Assembly: GCF_009914755.1 (NCBI RefSeq)
Contig: NC_060928.1
Strand: one strand, 5' to 3'
Origin: the human T2T-CHM13v2.0 reference genome, Homo sapiens
DNA: 64,000 bases
Shown here in pieces: positions 43,077 to 56,410 of the stretch. Below the pieces are notes generated by a model that was not told where the DNA came from, did not search any database, and was given only the letters and a program-made list of their open reading frames with translations. Each line of letters begins with the position of its first letter. Position 1 is the first letter of the stretch. Both the position numbers and the translations under genes were made by a program.

Positions 43077-45196
43077 TGTTTTGGTAAAAATTCTATGCCT
43101 AGTCAGAGTACAGTGGTGGAATCTGGAGCCTGACCACCTGGGTTTAGCTTCTTTCTTGGCCATACATTGGCTGTGTGACAGTGGGCAAGCGGTTAAACCT
43201 TGAAACATAATTTTTAAATGAAACATTATTTCTATATGAATTTTTTTGTGTTTGTATGTGCCAGTTGGTCAAGAATTTAGTGTAAAATAAAAGGTGTTTC
43301 CTGCCCCCTACTTCATTCCTTTTAAACTATTAACTCAAATCTCAAAGCCATAGATTTCATTGAAAGCATTTCCGTAAGGCAAGGTTCCCCAAACTGTGTT
43401 TTCTAGAACAACAACAAAATGTTACTGGGTATTTGTGGAGAAATGAAGTCAACTAAGTTTGGAAAAAGATAGGCTCAATGAAGCTACTTGTATTATATTT
43501 CATATGATGTAGTAAAACAATTTATATTAATGTGAAGATTTCACAAATGCAAAATGAAGTTTTTATCAAGATACTTGTATGTGGAACTTTATATACATAT
43601 GTAGTTTACTGAAGGCAGCGTATGTGACACTTCCTTCAAGATGTCTTTGCAAGTGAGCTTACTCAGACCTTGATATTCCCATGAAATATCAGGAGGGTGA
43701 TTTGAAGATAACTGCTGTGAACTTTCCATCTCCTCCTTTCTTTTCCCCAAGATATAAATTAGTAAAATAATTTCATAGCTCTCCATTGAAAAGTAGGGAC
43801 TCCTGGTTAAGAAGTGAAACAGTTTCCTACCATTTAGAACTTCCCTTTTACTCTCATTTGACGATGTAGATACCCATTAAAAAAATAAATCCATGTCTCA
43901 GGGAATCCCTTCTCACAAAATAGCTTGGGAAGGCAGTGGTAATGATTTGTGAATGGAAAGGGAACTGTAAGAAAATGAGTTGAGACAATGCTTTAAGAAT
44001 TTATTGCCAGGATAGTTTTCAAGAAACAGGAACTTCCTGTTAATTTTCTGGGATTCAACAAAATGGGCTTCTGACAACTGAAATAACATTAGACACATAA
44101 TTAAGCTTTTAAACTTTGAGTGGGTTGCATTGTCCAATTATTTCCCCCGGCATTTCAAACTCACACACCATTGAACAAGCACAAATCCAAATGTTCAAAA
44201 CAAATATGTGAGGGTGAATGAAACAGACGAGACAGGGTAATTCTTTACTCAGAGGTAAACTGACGATGATGCTTGTGAAGCAATGAGAATTAAATAGAAT
44301 AGAAATTTAAAACATCAAGCATGCATGCCTGGAAACATAAATAAAATAATGAGACTGGAGTGCCCATAGTGTTCCCTACTATCAAGTGAGATCTCAACAA
44401 AAAGTAAAAGAATGAGATTTTTTAATGGACATTATTGAAACTATAAGAAAAGTAAAGTAACTTTTCTTTCCTAATTTGGAAGTTCCAGTTACTACACTGA
44501 GAGCTGCTGTCAGAGTACTTCGTTGCTACCCTACCTATTGCTGATCCCTAGTTCCTGGCACATTGCCCAGAGTAGACTAACTTCTCAATTTACCTTGGGG
44601 GTGTAAATTAACCAACCATGAGGTATGGGATGAAAGAGTATCAGGACTCATTGGATCTTCTTAAACATGGACCTAAGGCTATCACTGAAGCAACCATGTG
44701 ACCAATTGTAATATGTTTGTTAAAATGGATTGGGAGGAAAAAATCTCAGAGCAAATTAACACAACTTGGAAAACAGAGAAGAAAGAGGGAGGATGTAAAC
44801 ATGACTGTAAATGTACTAATTTGTTCATATTTCATAGTGAGTGTTCATTAGATATTACCTCATTTCTGAGGGTGATAGACTAAGAAATATAAATCTTACA
44901 TTATTACTTAAGTTTATAACAATAACCTCTACTAGAATTAAAAACAAAACTACACCTTTTCCTAATTACTCAAAAAAACTAAGCATAGATAATAATGTAA
45001 GAAACAAACCCTTATACACACAAAAATAACAAAAAATAAGATAGCAGAAGTGAAATGAAAATATTGTTTCAAAGATTGATCTAAATGTAATAAACTCACA
45101 TATTAAATGGAATGGATAAAGAAATACAAGAAAGTCTCATTATAACTATATACTACAGATCTACCTAAAAGAAGACTCAGAATGATCCATGGTAAT

Positions 45197-45580
45197 TGAT
45201 AGGATAAGAGACCACCATCTTAACAAGAGCCCACCATCTTAAAGTATCAGGTTATTATTTTTCAGAACTGTCCATTGCCACCTGATCAAATCGCAAATGT
45301 CAACCCTGACCATATCTTCAACATAACATAATGACCCTAATCACAACAAAGCTTACTGAAGTCCAGCCAACACTTTCCCAACCTCTCCCTGATAGGAACC
45401 TCTTTTAGAGCACACTTCCCCCACTGGGCCCTTTTTAAAAAGGTTCAGACTGTAAGAGAAGTTTGCTCCTGACCCTGCCGGCCAGAAGCCCTTATCAGGT
45501 TTACTCTTAATAAACCTGTCTCAACTGTTGAGCCACCCTCTCATTTCATCTTCCTTCTTGTCTCTCCCTCTGTGCTAACA
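45197..45580 (+). mobile_element. Solo LTR (ERV1, MER92-like; family uncertain)
   Basis: TG...CA termini (TGATAGGAT...GCTAACA), internal AATAAA at about 45509, flanked by GTAAT. Confidence 0.65.
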
Positions 45581-45584
45581 GTAA

Positions 45585-46334
45585 TGAGGACTAAGCTCAG
45601 ATATATATACATATTTATCTTGTCCAGATTCCTATCTAACTGGTCTGGGGAGTCATGCCCTACAAACCATAAGTTCTCATCAGATGGGTTTTATTTAACC
45701 CTGAATATTGTGACTTACTTTCCAATCTGACTCTGGCATAATGAGGAGGAAAATCAAAATGTTTTACCCCAAAACATGTTTCTCATCCATACTTAAAATT
45801 ACCCTGCAAAGACTCTTATGGGAAAAATTCACGTTCTATAGAGAATCCCCTTTCCCCTGTGTTTTCTTTCCTTCCTTTCTGGATCCAAGAGATAATCACT
45901 TAAGAGCCAGGCATCCTTGTAAGTCTGATAAGAGATATTTTACAACTTGCTCTCTCTGAAGTCTGAGAGCTTCCTCTGCACAATAAAACTTGGTCTCCAC
46001 AATCCTTTATCTTATCCTGAACATTTCCTTTCATCCCAGGTCTTCAAATAAACTCAACCAATTGTCAATCAAAAGATGTCTGAATTTACCTATAGCCTGG
46101 AACCCCCCACTTCAATGTGTCCCGACTTTCTGAACCAAACTGATGTATTTCTTAAATGTATTTGATTGATGTCTCATGCCTCCCCAAAATATATAAAACC
46201 AAGCTGTACCCTGATGACCTTAGGCATATGTTCTCAGGATCTCCTAAGGGCTATGTCATGGCCACAGCCACTCATATTTGGCTGAGAATAAATCTCTTAA
46301 AATATTTTACAGAGTTTGGCTCTTTTCCTTAACA
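45585..46334 (+). mobile_element. MER4-family solo LTR (MER4D/E-like)
   Basis: TGAGGACTAAGCTC...ACAGAGTTTGGCTCTTTTCCTTAACA. 4-bp TSD GTAA at 45581-45584 and 46335-46338. Confidence 0.88.
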
Positions 46335-47907
46335 GTAATAAAATGATTAAATGTATTTTTTAAAAGTACAAAAAAAAAGAAAACAAAGGTTGCAATATAA
46401 ATATTTGACAAAGATGGCTGTATATAAATGTGATAAAGTCCTTTTTAAGTAACTAGGAATATGATGCATAATGACAATCTCAGGAAACTGTATCCACCAA
46501 ATTGCACTTTATTTAAATTGTTTAAGATGTAAGTAAAATTAAGCACTCCTTCCAATTCTTCTGCTCCCATCACCTTCCCCTAAACAATGAGGTAAAAATA
46601 TCAGCTATAAACAATCTAAATAATTTAACTGTTAATGCTGAGGAAACAGTCTGTAGCTTTCAGTATATTATTAAAGTGCCCTAAAATAAGGTTAAAAATT
46701 ACTGTTCTCAGACATCTTCTACTTTGTTCTGAGAGAGAGCACTAGTCTAGCCTTTCTTCCATAAACAGCAATAAAACTGTGCTATATATGAGATAAATGT
46801 TTTTATATATTTAACAATAAGCTGTACAGGACTATGATCCCTAAGCCCCATATTTCCTCTGCTCTCTGCATCTAGATAGTATATGCATCATGGCATAGGA
46901 CTATGGAGCTCGTGTCCTGACAGGTTAAAGAGACAGAAATCACACCTTGGAGCTGATAAAATACCTAGATTCAGCAAAGCAGACACCAGTTGGAAAGTGG
47001 CAGCACAGGGGTGGAGGGGGACCAGAAGTCTGTTTGAGACTTCTCACAGTCCTTAGACAAGAGTTAGACTTGATGTGAACAAGACAAGACTACACAAGGT
47101 TTACTAGCAAGCAGCCACTATTAGGTTGAGTATAGAATGGGGATACTAAGGTAAGACAATGCCAGGGGATTTTTAAAGTCCTAGTCTACCCACCGGGGAA
47201 AGACTTTTAAAATTTCAAGCAGCCAGTTAAGATGCCAGAAAAGCCAAGATTTAGATTTAGGTGCTCCCAGAGTAAGGACTATTCCAGACCCACTATAACA
47301 AATTCTAAAACCAGGCTTGACAATGACTGCATTGAAGGCAGAGGTAAAAATCTGACCTGCCAAGTTATAAGGGCTTGGGATTTCCTTGAAATTTTTACAA
47401 ATCATCTCTAACAAAACATTTTTTAAAAATCTAACTACATAAATAATTATAATAAAAGTGAATAAAAATATTTCAATGTCAGACATTATTATAGTAGATA
47501 AAAAAATCTAACTATAAAAACAAGATCGAACTATATGCTGTATATATGATACTCAGTTAAAATAATAAAGATGCAAAGGATGAAAATTCAAAAAAGTGGA
47601 AAAATAAATGCCATACATTACAAAAGCAAGTATGGCTGGCTATATTAATATAAAAATTGTAGAATTCAAAACAAAGTATATTACTAGAGACATTATATAA
47701 TAACAAAAAAATTATTTATCAAGAAGACGTAACAGCCAAAATATGTACGTACCTGATGACAGATGATGAATTAGATGAAGTAAAATCTGACAGAACTAAA
47801 GGGAGAAATAGACAAATCCACAATCATACATTTTAACACCCCTCTCTCATAGAATAAACAAATGAAAAAAGAGTAAGTAAATGTATTACACTGGCAAGCA
47901 ATACAGC

Positions 47908-48290
47908 TGTGATGGTTAATACTCAGTGTCAACTTGATTGAATTGAAGAATAAAGTATTGATCCTGGATATGTCTGTGAGGGTGTTGCCAAAGGAGATTA
48001 ACATTTGAGTTAGTGGGCTTGGAAAGGCAGACCCACCCTTAATCTGGGTGGGCACAATCTAATCAGCTGCCAGTGTGGCTAGAATATAAGCAGGCAGAAA
48101 AATATGAAAAGAGATACTGGCCTAGCCTCCTAGCCTACGTCTTCCTCCCATTCTGGATGCCCTCTGCCCTCAAACATCACACTCCAAGTTCTTCAGTTTT
48201 GGAACTCTGACTGGCTCTCCTTGCTCCTTAGCCTGCAGACAGCCTATTATGGGACCTTCTGATTGTGTGAGTTAATACTTAATAAACTCC

Positions 48291-48323
<33 letters not shown>

Positions 48324-48436
48324 CACACACACGCACACACACATATGTATATGTGTATGTGTATATATATGTATATGTATATATGTATATGTACATATAT
48401 TCCACTAATTCTGTCCCACTAGAGAACCCTAATACA
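47908..48436 (+). mobile_element. MLT2A1 (HERV-L) solo LTR with an internal (TA/CA/TG)n expansion
   Basis: TGTGATGGTTAATACT...GAGAACCCTAATACA. TSD ACAGC/ACAAC. Confidence 0.88.
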
Positions 48437-48834
48437 ACAACCTTAACCAATTTTGTAGAAAACTCTGGTACCCAAGAATTAATAATTTTTTTTTCCAAGT
48501 GCATATGGAATACTTTACAAGATAGACCATACTCTAGGCCTAAGTCTCTGGGAACTTCGAAAGATGAAAATCTTAGAGTATTTTATCTTACCCCAACAGA
48601 ACTAAACTAGAAGTTAATGATAATAAAATACATAAAAACAAAAAAATCAAAATTAAATAACATAAATCTAAATAAGCTATGGGATGAAGAAGATATTACA
48701 AAGAAAATTTTAAAATATTTTGAAGTAAATGATAATAAAATCACATCCTGTTAAAATTTGAAGGATGAGTACAGCTAAACCTATGTTTGAAATGAATTTT
48801 TTTACTTTTACAGTTATATTATAAAAGAACATTT

Positions 48835-49120
48835 GGCCGGGTTTGGTGGCTCACACCTGTAATCCCAGCACTTTGGGAGGCCGAGGCAGTCTGATCACTT
48901 GAGGTCAGGACTTCAAGACCACCCTGGACAATACGGTGAAACCCCGTCTCTACTAAAAATAAAAAAATAGCCGGGCTTGGTGATGCACGCCTGTAATCCT
49001 AGCTGCTCAGGAGGCTGAGGCAGGAGAATCACTTGAACCCAGGAAGCAGAGGTTGTAGTGAGCCAAGATTGCACCACCACACTCCAGCCTGGGCAATAGA
49101 GTGAGACCCTGTCTTAGAAA
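48835..49120 (+). mobile_element. AluS (Sz-like)
   Basis: Full dimer. TSD AAAAGAACATTT at 48823-48834 and 49121-49132. Confidence 0.92.
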
Positions 49121-52041
49121 AAAAGAACATTTGAAGTTAATTATCAAGTTTTCCACTTTACAAAGTTAGAGTGGGGATAAAGCAAATTAAGCCATAAGTT
49201 ATTGGAAGAAAGAAAATAAAAAAGATAATATCATGAATCAATTAAATTGAAACAGACTGATAATATGAAGATGAAAAGAGTTAAACATTAGTTATTTAAA
49301 AATAGTAATAAAGTTTATAATCTAGCAGGAATAATAAAGCATAAGAGGAAAGAAACACAGATTAGGAATAAATGAAAGAGGTGATATCACTACACGTCTT
49401 AAATATATTACATAAGTAACAATAAAATATTTTGAAAATCTATATGCCAAAACATTCACTATCATAAATGAAATAAACAAATTCCTTGGAAAAATATGAC
49501 TAGGCCAGAATCTATCAATGATAATTACTTCATAATCAGAAATCTTGTCACAAATAAAACTCAAGGCCAAATGGTTTTGCTAGTAAATTCTGTTAAAGAT
49601 TTAAAGAAGAAATACCTTAATCTCACTCATAAATGAGGTTAATACGTTAAACCTCAGTTAAAGAATTTAAATTTTCAATTAAGAATTAAATTAAGCCTTT
49701 AACTTAAAGGTTTAACATTTTTAAAAATGTTAAAATTAATAAAATCTTAGAACATAGGGAAATATTATCAAATCATTTTAAGAAGCCAGAATAACCATGA
49801 TACCAAAACTAGACAAAAATATTGTAAGGAAAGAAAATTATCCTCTCCATGAACATGGTCTCAAAAACTCTCAGCAAACTATCATAATCAATTAGATAAA
49901 TATGTAAAACGAATAACATACCTTGAGCAAGTGGAATTTATTCTGTGAAAACATGGTTATGTCAAAATTGGAATATCCAGCAATATAATTAACCACATAA
50001 CAGAATAAATGTAAAAACACCGTATTATTTCAACATGTATGGAAAAAAACACTTAAAAAAATTCATTCATCATACATTTTTTTCAGAAAACTAGAAAAAA
50101 TGTAGCTAGTATCATATGTAAAGCTGAGATATCACATATTTTTCCCTAAGAGGCAAGCCAAAGACATCTACTCTGTAACAAATGTTATATTGGAAGTCCC
50201 ATTCAGTACAATAAAGGAAGAAAGAGAAGTTAAAACCATAAAAACTGGAAAATGAAAACTTTTATTCATAACAAAAACCATTTATTTAAACAAAATAATC
50301 ATCTAAATAAAATTTCCTAAAGAATCTCAAAAAAAGCTACTAATATTTATAAGTGAATATAACAATGCCATAGGTTATGTAATCAATATAAAACATTAGT
50401 TGTGTTTTTACAGACTAGCAGCAAACAATTAGAAAATGTAACTAAATACCATTTTCAATAGTATCTTATATTTAAAATATTTATGTTAAAAAATTTTAAC
50501 TAAAATCTATAAATCACTATACTGGAAAACAAAACAAAACAAAAGCTACTGTGAGAACTAAGGAACAGATAGGCGAAAGATATGTATTTAAAAGATACAT
50601 AAAGTTTACGAATTTTTATGGTGTCTATTTTCTGCAAATTGATCTATAAATTCCATGTCACCTTGTTTAAAATCCCATTAGCTTTTTAAAATTGACAAAG
50701 TGATCTAAAATATGAAGGGGCTAAGATAGCAAAAAAATCTTGAACAAGAACAAAGTTGAAGAGCTTACATTGATTTCAAGACTTGGTATTCAAGATATCA
50801 TCATATGGCTATAAGACAAGACAGATAGTTCAATAGAACAGAGAGCTCAGATATAGACTCACATATATACAGTCAAACTACATTTTTTTACAAAGATGTT
50901 AAGGCAGCTCAACATTGAAAATTTAGTGTTTTCTCAACAAATGGTGCTGGAGAAATGGAAGTGTGACTAGAACAAAGTGAACCTCAATCCCTGCCCTACG
51001 TCAAACTCAAAAATTAATCTATAATAGACAGTAGATCACAATTTACACAACAGAACCACAAAACTTCTAGGTATAAACATTGGAGAAAATCATACCTTTG
51101 GTGTTAGGCAAATATTTCTTAGATTATACCTAAAGAAAAATATTAAGCATTAAAGAAAAAAGTGACAAGTTGGATTTCATCGAAATTAGTAACTTCTGCT
51201 CTTTATGTCATCAAGAAAATGAAAATAGAAACAGGTTATTTTTAGAATTTGATATATGTGTATCTGACAAAGAACTTGCATTCAGGATACATAAAGAACT
51301 CCTACAATGCAATGAGTTTGACAACTCTATTAAAACATGAAAAGAAGACTTGGATGGGCACTTCAAAAAAGAAGATACGCAAATCACTAATAAACACATA
51401 AAAAGATGTTTAACACCGTTAGTCAGAGAAGTGAAAATTGAAACCAAAATATTATACCCCGTCTTTATCTACACTATAATGGCTAATTAAAAAGACTAAC
51501 TCCCAAGCATTGGTAGAGGATATGGAACAACTGAATCTCCCATATTTTGCCAGTAGGAATGTTAAAGGATGCAACCACTTTGAATAACAGCTTCCCAGTT
51601 TCTAATAAAGGTAGCCATATATTTACCATTTGGCAGAATTCACTCCTGGGTATTTACCCAAGAGGAAAAAAAAACTTACATCCACGCAGACTTACACACA
51701 AATGTTCATAGTAGTTTTAGTCATAATACACTAAAAGTAAAACAACAAAAATGTCCATCACCAGATAAATGGATAAACAAATTGTGGTATATTGAGATAA
51801 TGAACTTAGCAATAAAAAGGAAAAAACTACAAATACACACAATAACATGGATGAACTTCAAAATTATGCTGAATGAGAAAGTAGACACAAGAGTACATAC
51901 TGTATGATTCCATTCACGTGATGTTTTAGAAAAAAAGCAAAATTAATTTATAGTGATGGAAATCAGATCTTTGGTTGTCAGGGATGGAGTACAAGGTAAT
52001 TTTTAGGGTGATATAAATATTCTATATTTTGATTAGGTTGG

Positions 52042-52405
52042 CGTATTAGTCCATTTTCACACTGCTATAAAGAAATACCTGAGACTGGGTAATTTATAAA
52101 CAAAGGGAGTTTAATTAACTCACAGTTCTGCATGGCTGAGGAGGCCTCAGGAAACTTATAATCATGCTGGAAGGTGAAGGGGAAGCAGGCACCTTCTTCA
52201 CAAGGCAGCAGGAGACAGAGAAAGTGCAGGAGAAACTGCCACTTTTAAATCCTTAGATCTCATGAGAACTCCCTCACTATCACGAGAACAGCATGGGGAT
52301 AACCACCTCCATGACCCAATCACCTCCCACAAGGTCCCTACTTTGACACGTGGGGATTACAAATTGTGATGAGATTTGGGTGGGACACGGAGTCAAACCA
52401 TATCA
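52042..52405 (-). mobile_element. MSTA solo LTR
   Basis: GTATTAGTCCATTTTCACACTGCTATAAAG...AAACCATATCA. TSD GTTGG/GATGG. Confidence 0.88.
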
Positions 52406-53885
52406 GATGGTATATTACCTTAGTTTATACATTTTTCAGAACTCATTGGGCTGTATAATTAAAACATGTACATTTTATTTTATGTGTATTATGCTTTTAT
52501 AATACACATAAAATACACAAAGTTTATCTTTTAAAACTATTGTTCTTAGTGTGTGGAACTACATTAGAATCAAGGGAGAACTTGTTAAAAATATAGCTCC
52601 CTGGGTTCTTCGTCAGTCTTATCATTCCTTGGTGTAGGGGATAAGCCACATTTAAACATGTTCTTCAGGTGATTCACATGTACACTGAAGATTAAGGACC
52701 ACCATTCCAGAGAGTTAAAGGATTTAAATATTAAAACAGCAACAAATTTCTGTATATAGAATGATGAAGTCATGAAGCAAAAATATTGGACTTTTAAATA
52801 TCACATTATTTGGATATCAAAGTCTAATTTTAGGATATTACAAAAGTCATATTTTTAAGTATCTAAAGCAGAGGTATTTTACCTGAAATAAATCAGAGCT
52901 AAAGGAAAAAAGCTCTACACTTGAAATTGATAAAGCTGGAACTGAAAACTTACAATTTTCTCTTTACATAATAAGATAATTTTTGAACCACTCAAACAGT
53001 AGACACAACAGAATATTTGATATTAACTGAGTGAGGACATTTCTTATGATTTTATATATTTATATATTTTTTGGTTAAAATAGCTTCCTTGAGATACAGA
53101 CAACAAATTATTGTATTAATATGAAAATTGTTTCTGTTCCTTTTTTGGTTTCTAAGGTAATTAAAACCAGCAAAGTGCAAGAGGATAATCTTCATTTTCA
53201 TTCCATCGCACATTTCTACTATAAACTGATGTCTTGTCCAGTGGTGTCATTGAAATGGATGTTGGTAGATCCCATGAGATTCATGTAAATACATCCTTCT
53301 GATTTCACAAGAGGCTCTGGAATTAATGTGCTTGAATATCAGAAGAATATTCTTCCATTACTAATAAAAATAAATAATAGATATGAATTTAGAATTAGGT
53401 GTCATATTATGAAGTCAAAAAGCGTGGATAGGGTGGGCATCAGCAAGTACTGAGCATTTCTCTCCCAATATCTGGGTAACAATGATGCCTCTGCTATAGA
53501 TCAGTAGCTTTGTATTTTTTCTGGGATAACAGCATAGGGTTACTTTAAAAAAAAAAAAAAAAGCTATTCTTGAGCCTTTTTTGGGAAACTCAGGTACATA
53601 TAACTTTCATAGGTACCAAGGATGATAGGTACCTCTGAAGGATCATAGGAACCTAGGATGATAGGTACCATCCTATCATCTGTCTGACTGATGATAGGAT
53701 GACAAATCGATTAGTTAAAAAGTAGAAGAATTTACTAAAATCTGTTTTTTTCTATAAGTGGATTGTTTATTATTATTATTTGAGTGATTGATTTTGTCTC
53801 ATTTAGAGTTAACTTTCTCCTTTAATCAAAACCCTGACATCACCAGTGAGCTCTTTTTTTTCTAAGTCTTTCTTTTTATTAGCAT

Positions 53886-55700
53886 TCTTTTTATTATATA
53901 TATTTAAGGTGTACAACATGATGTTTTGATATACACAGTGAAGTAGGCACTATAGTCAAGCAAATTAACACCTCCATTACCTTGCATAGTTATCAATTCT
54001 TTTGTGATGAGTACCTAAAATCTATTATTTTAGCAAATTTTCAGTATTTATACAATATTGTTATCATAGTCCTCATGTTGTACATTAGAAGTCTAGACCT
54101 ATTCATCCTACATATTTGCATCATATGCCCTTTGACCTATGTCTCCCCATTTCCCCCACCCCACTCTTAGTAATTTATTCTGTTTCTATGTGGTCAACTT
54201 AAAAAAATAGATTTCACATGTAAATGAGATGATGTATGATATGGTTTGGCTCTGTGTCCTCACCCAAATCTCATGTTGAATTATAAACCACAGTGTTAGA
54301 GAGGGGCCTGTTAGGAGGTGATTGGATCATGGTAGCAGATTCCTCCTTGCTGTTCTCATGATAGTGAGTAAGTTCTCAGGTGATCTGGTTGTTTAAAAGT
54401 GTGTGGCACCTCCCCCTTCTCTCTCTTCCTCCTGGCCAGCCACATAAGACATGCCTCCTTCTTCCTCACCCTCTACCATGGTTGTAAATTTCTTGAGGCC
54501 TCCCTAGCCATGTTTCCTGTACAGCCTGTGAAACTGCAAACCAATTAAACCTTTTTTCTTGATAAATTACCCAATCTCGGCAGTTCTTTATAGCAATGTG
54601 AGAACAGACTAACACAATGCAGTAGTTTTTTCTATGTCTGGCTTATTTCACTTAGCGTAATGCCTTCCAGTTTCATCCATGTTGTCACAAATGGCAGGAT
54701 CCCTTTCTGTTTTAAGGTTGAACAGTATTATTTTATAACACACACACACACACATCACAATTTATCCTTTTATCAATCAACAGACACTTAGGTTGTTTCC
54801 ATGTCTTAGCTACAGTGAATAATGCCACAATCAACATGCAAGTACAGATATCTCTACAAGGTGCTGATTTCATTTCCTTTGGCTATATACTCAGAAGATG
54901 GATTGCCGGGTCATATGGTAGTTCTATTTTTAATTTTTTGAGGAATCTCCTTACTGTTTTTCATAATTCCTACACCAATTTACATTTCTACCAACAATAT
55001 AAAAGGGTTCTCTTCACATTATTGCCAACATTTGTTATTGCCTATCTTTTTGGTAATAGCCATCCTAACAGGTATGAGGTGATGTTTCCCTGTGGTTTTA
55101 ATTTTCATTTTCCTGATGATTAGTGATGCTGAACACTTTTTAATATACTCCTTGTCTACTTTAATGTCTTTTTTGGAGAAATGTCTATTCAGATCCTTTT
55201 CCAAATTTTAAAAATCTAGTTATTTGTTATTTTGCTATATAATTATATGAGTTCTTTATATATTTTTAATATTAATCTCTTATCAGATAAGTGGTTTGCA
55301 AATATTTTCTTCCAACCTGTAGGCTCCATTTTCATTACATTGTTTCCTTTCTTTTGTAGAAGCTTTTAATTTGATATAGTCCCACTTGGTTTGGTTATCA
55401 GAGCTTTTAGTGTGGTATCCAAAAATTCATTGCCAAGTTCAAGGTCAAAAAGCTTTTCCCCTACATTTTCTTCAAGGGGTTTTGTAGTTTCAGGTCTTAG
55501 GTTTAGGTCTTTAGTCCATTTTGAGTTGATTTTTGTATGTGACATAAGATAAGAGTCTGATTTCATTCTTTTCAGATCCTTTTCCAAATCTTAAAAACCT
55601 AGTTATTTGTTATTTTGCTATATAATTATGAGTTCCTCATATATTTTTAATATTAATCCTTTATCAGATAAGTGGATATCTAGTTTCCTCAATACCATAC
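53886..55700 (-). mobile_element. L1MA (MA8/9-like) 3' portion
   Basis: TTTAAGGTGTACAACATGATGTTTTGATATAC 3' end, plus minus-strand ORF2 C-terminal peptides. Confidence 0.8.
54237..54616 (+). mobile_element. MSTA solo LTR nested in the L1MA
   Basis: TGATATGGTTTGGCTCTGTGTCC...CAGACTAACACA. TSD ATGTA/ATGCA. Confidence 0.88.
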
Positions 55701-55829
55701 AGATAAGCTTCTATACAAATATATAATTTACCAAAACCCAAACGAATAAACATATAGTTTAAGAAGTAATCCATGTACAAAATATTATTTGCTCTTATAA
55801 TACATAATTGCTTTAAAAGTTGATTTACC

Positions 55830-56410
55830 TCAATGACCAGCTAACAATTTCCCTTGCTTTGACGTTGCCCTCTAGGGTCTATGGGACCCTTTAAAGCACA
55901 GGACTCACTGCCCCCTTTCTAACTTTACTACTCCCCGCTCTTTCTCGCTGGGCTGTAGCTATGTTGAAATGAACCACTGCTGTTCCAGGAATACCAGGTA
56001 TGATCCCATCTTTGGGACACGGGGCTACTGTTTTCTCTGCTTACAACACTGTTTCCTCAGATATTGCAGAGTTAACTCCCTTACCTCTTTTGACATTTTG
56101 TCCAGCATTACCTTCTCAATAAGACCTGCCTCACAAACCCTATTTAGAACTATAATCTGTCCCTATCCTACTCCTTGCCCTCTCAATTCCTTTTACCTTG
56201 ACCTAGTACTCAACATTAATTCCCTATATAATTTACTTAGGTATTAACTTTATTGATTACTGTCTTTTTCCCCTCTGCCCACCTGGAATGTAAGCTCTAG
56301 TAAGGCAGGCATTTTCATTTTATTGATAAATCCTCAGTGCCTGGAAGTAGAAGTGTGACTGACATATAGTTGGTAATAAACTTAATATGTATTTATTGAA
56401 TGAATAAATT
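55830..56410 (+). mobile_element. L2 3' end
   Basis: GAATGTAAGCTCT...AGGCAGG and a terminal TTGAATGAATAAA. Confidence 0.7.

Larger units (their letters stand above)
46700..52495 (+). mobile_element. Long old L1M (MC/MD-type) element, fragmented by MLT2A1, Alu and MSTA insertions
   Basis: Sequential degenerate 5' region, EN region, RT region and 3'UTR. Confidence 0.7.
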
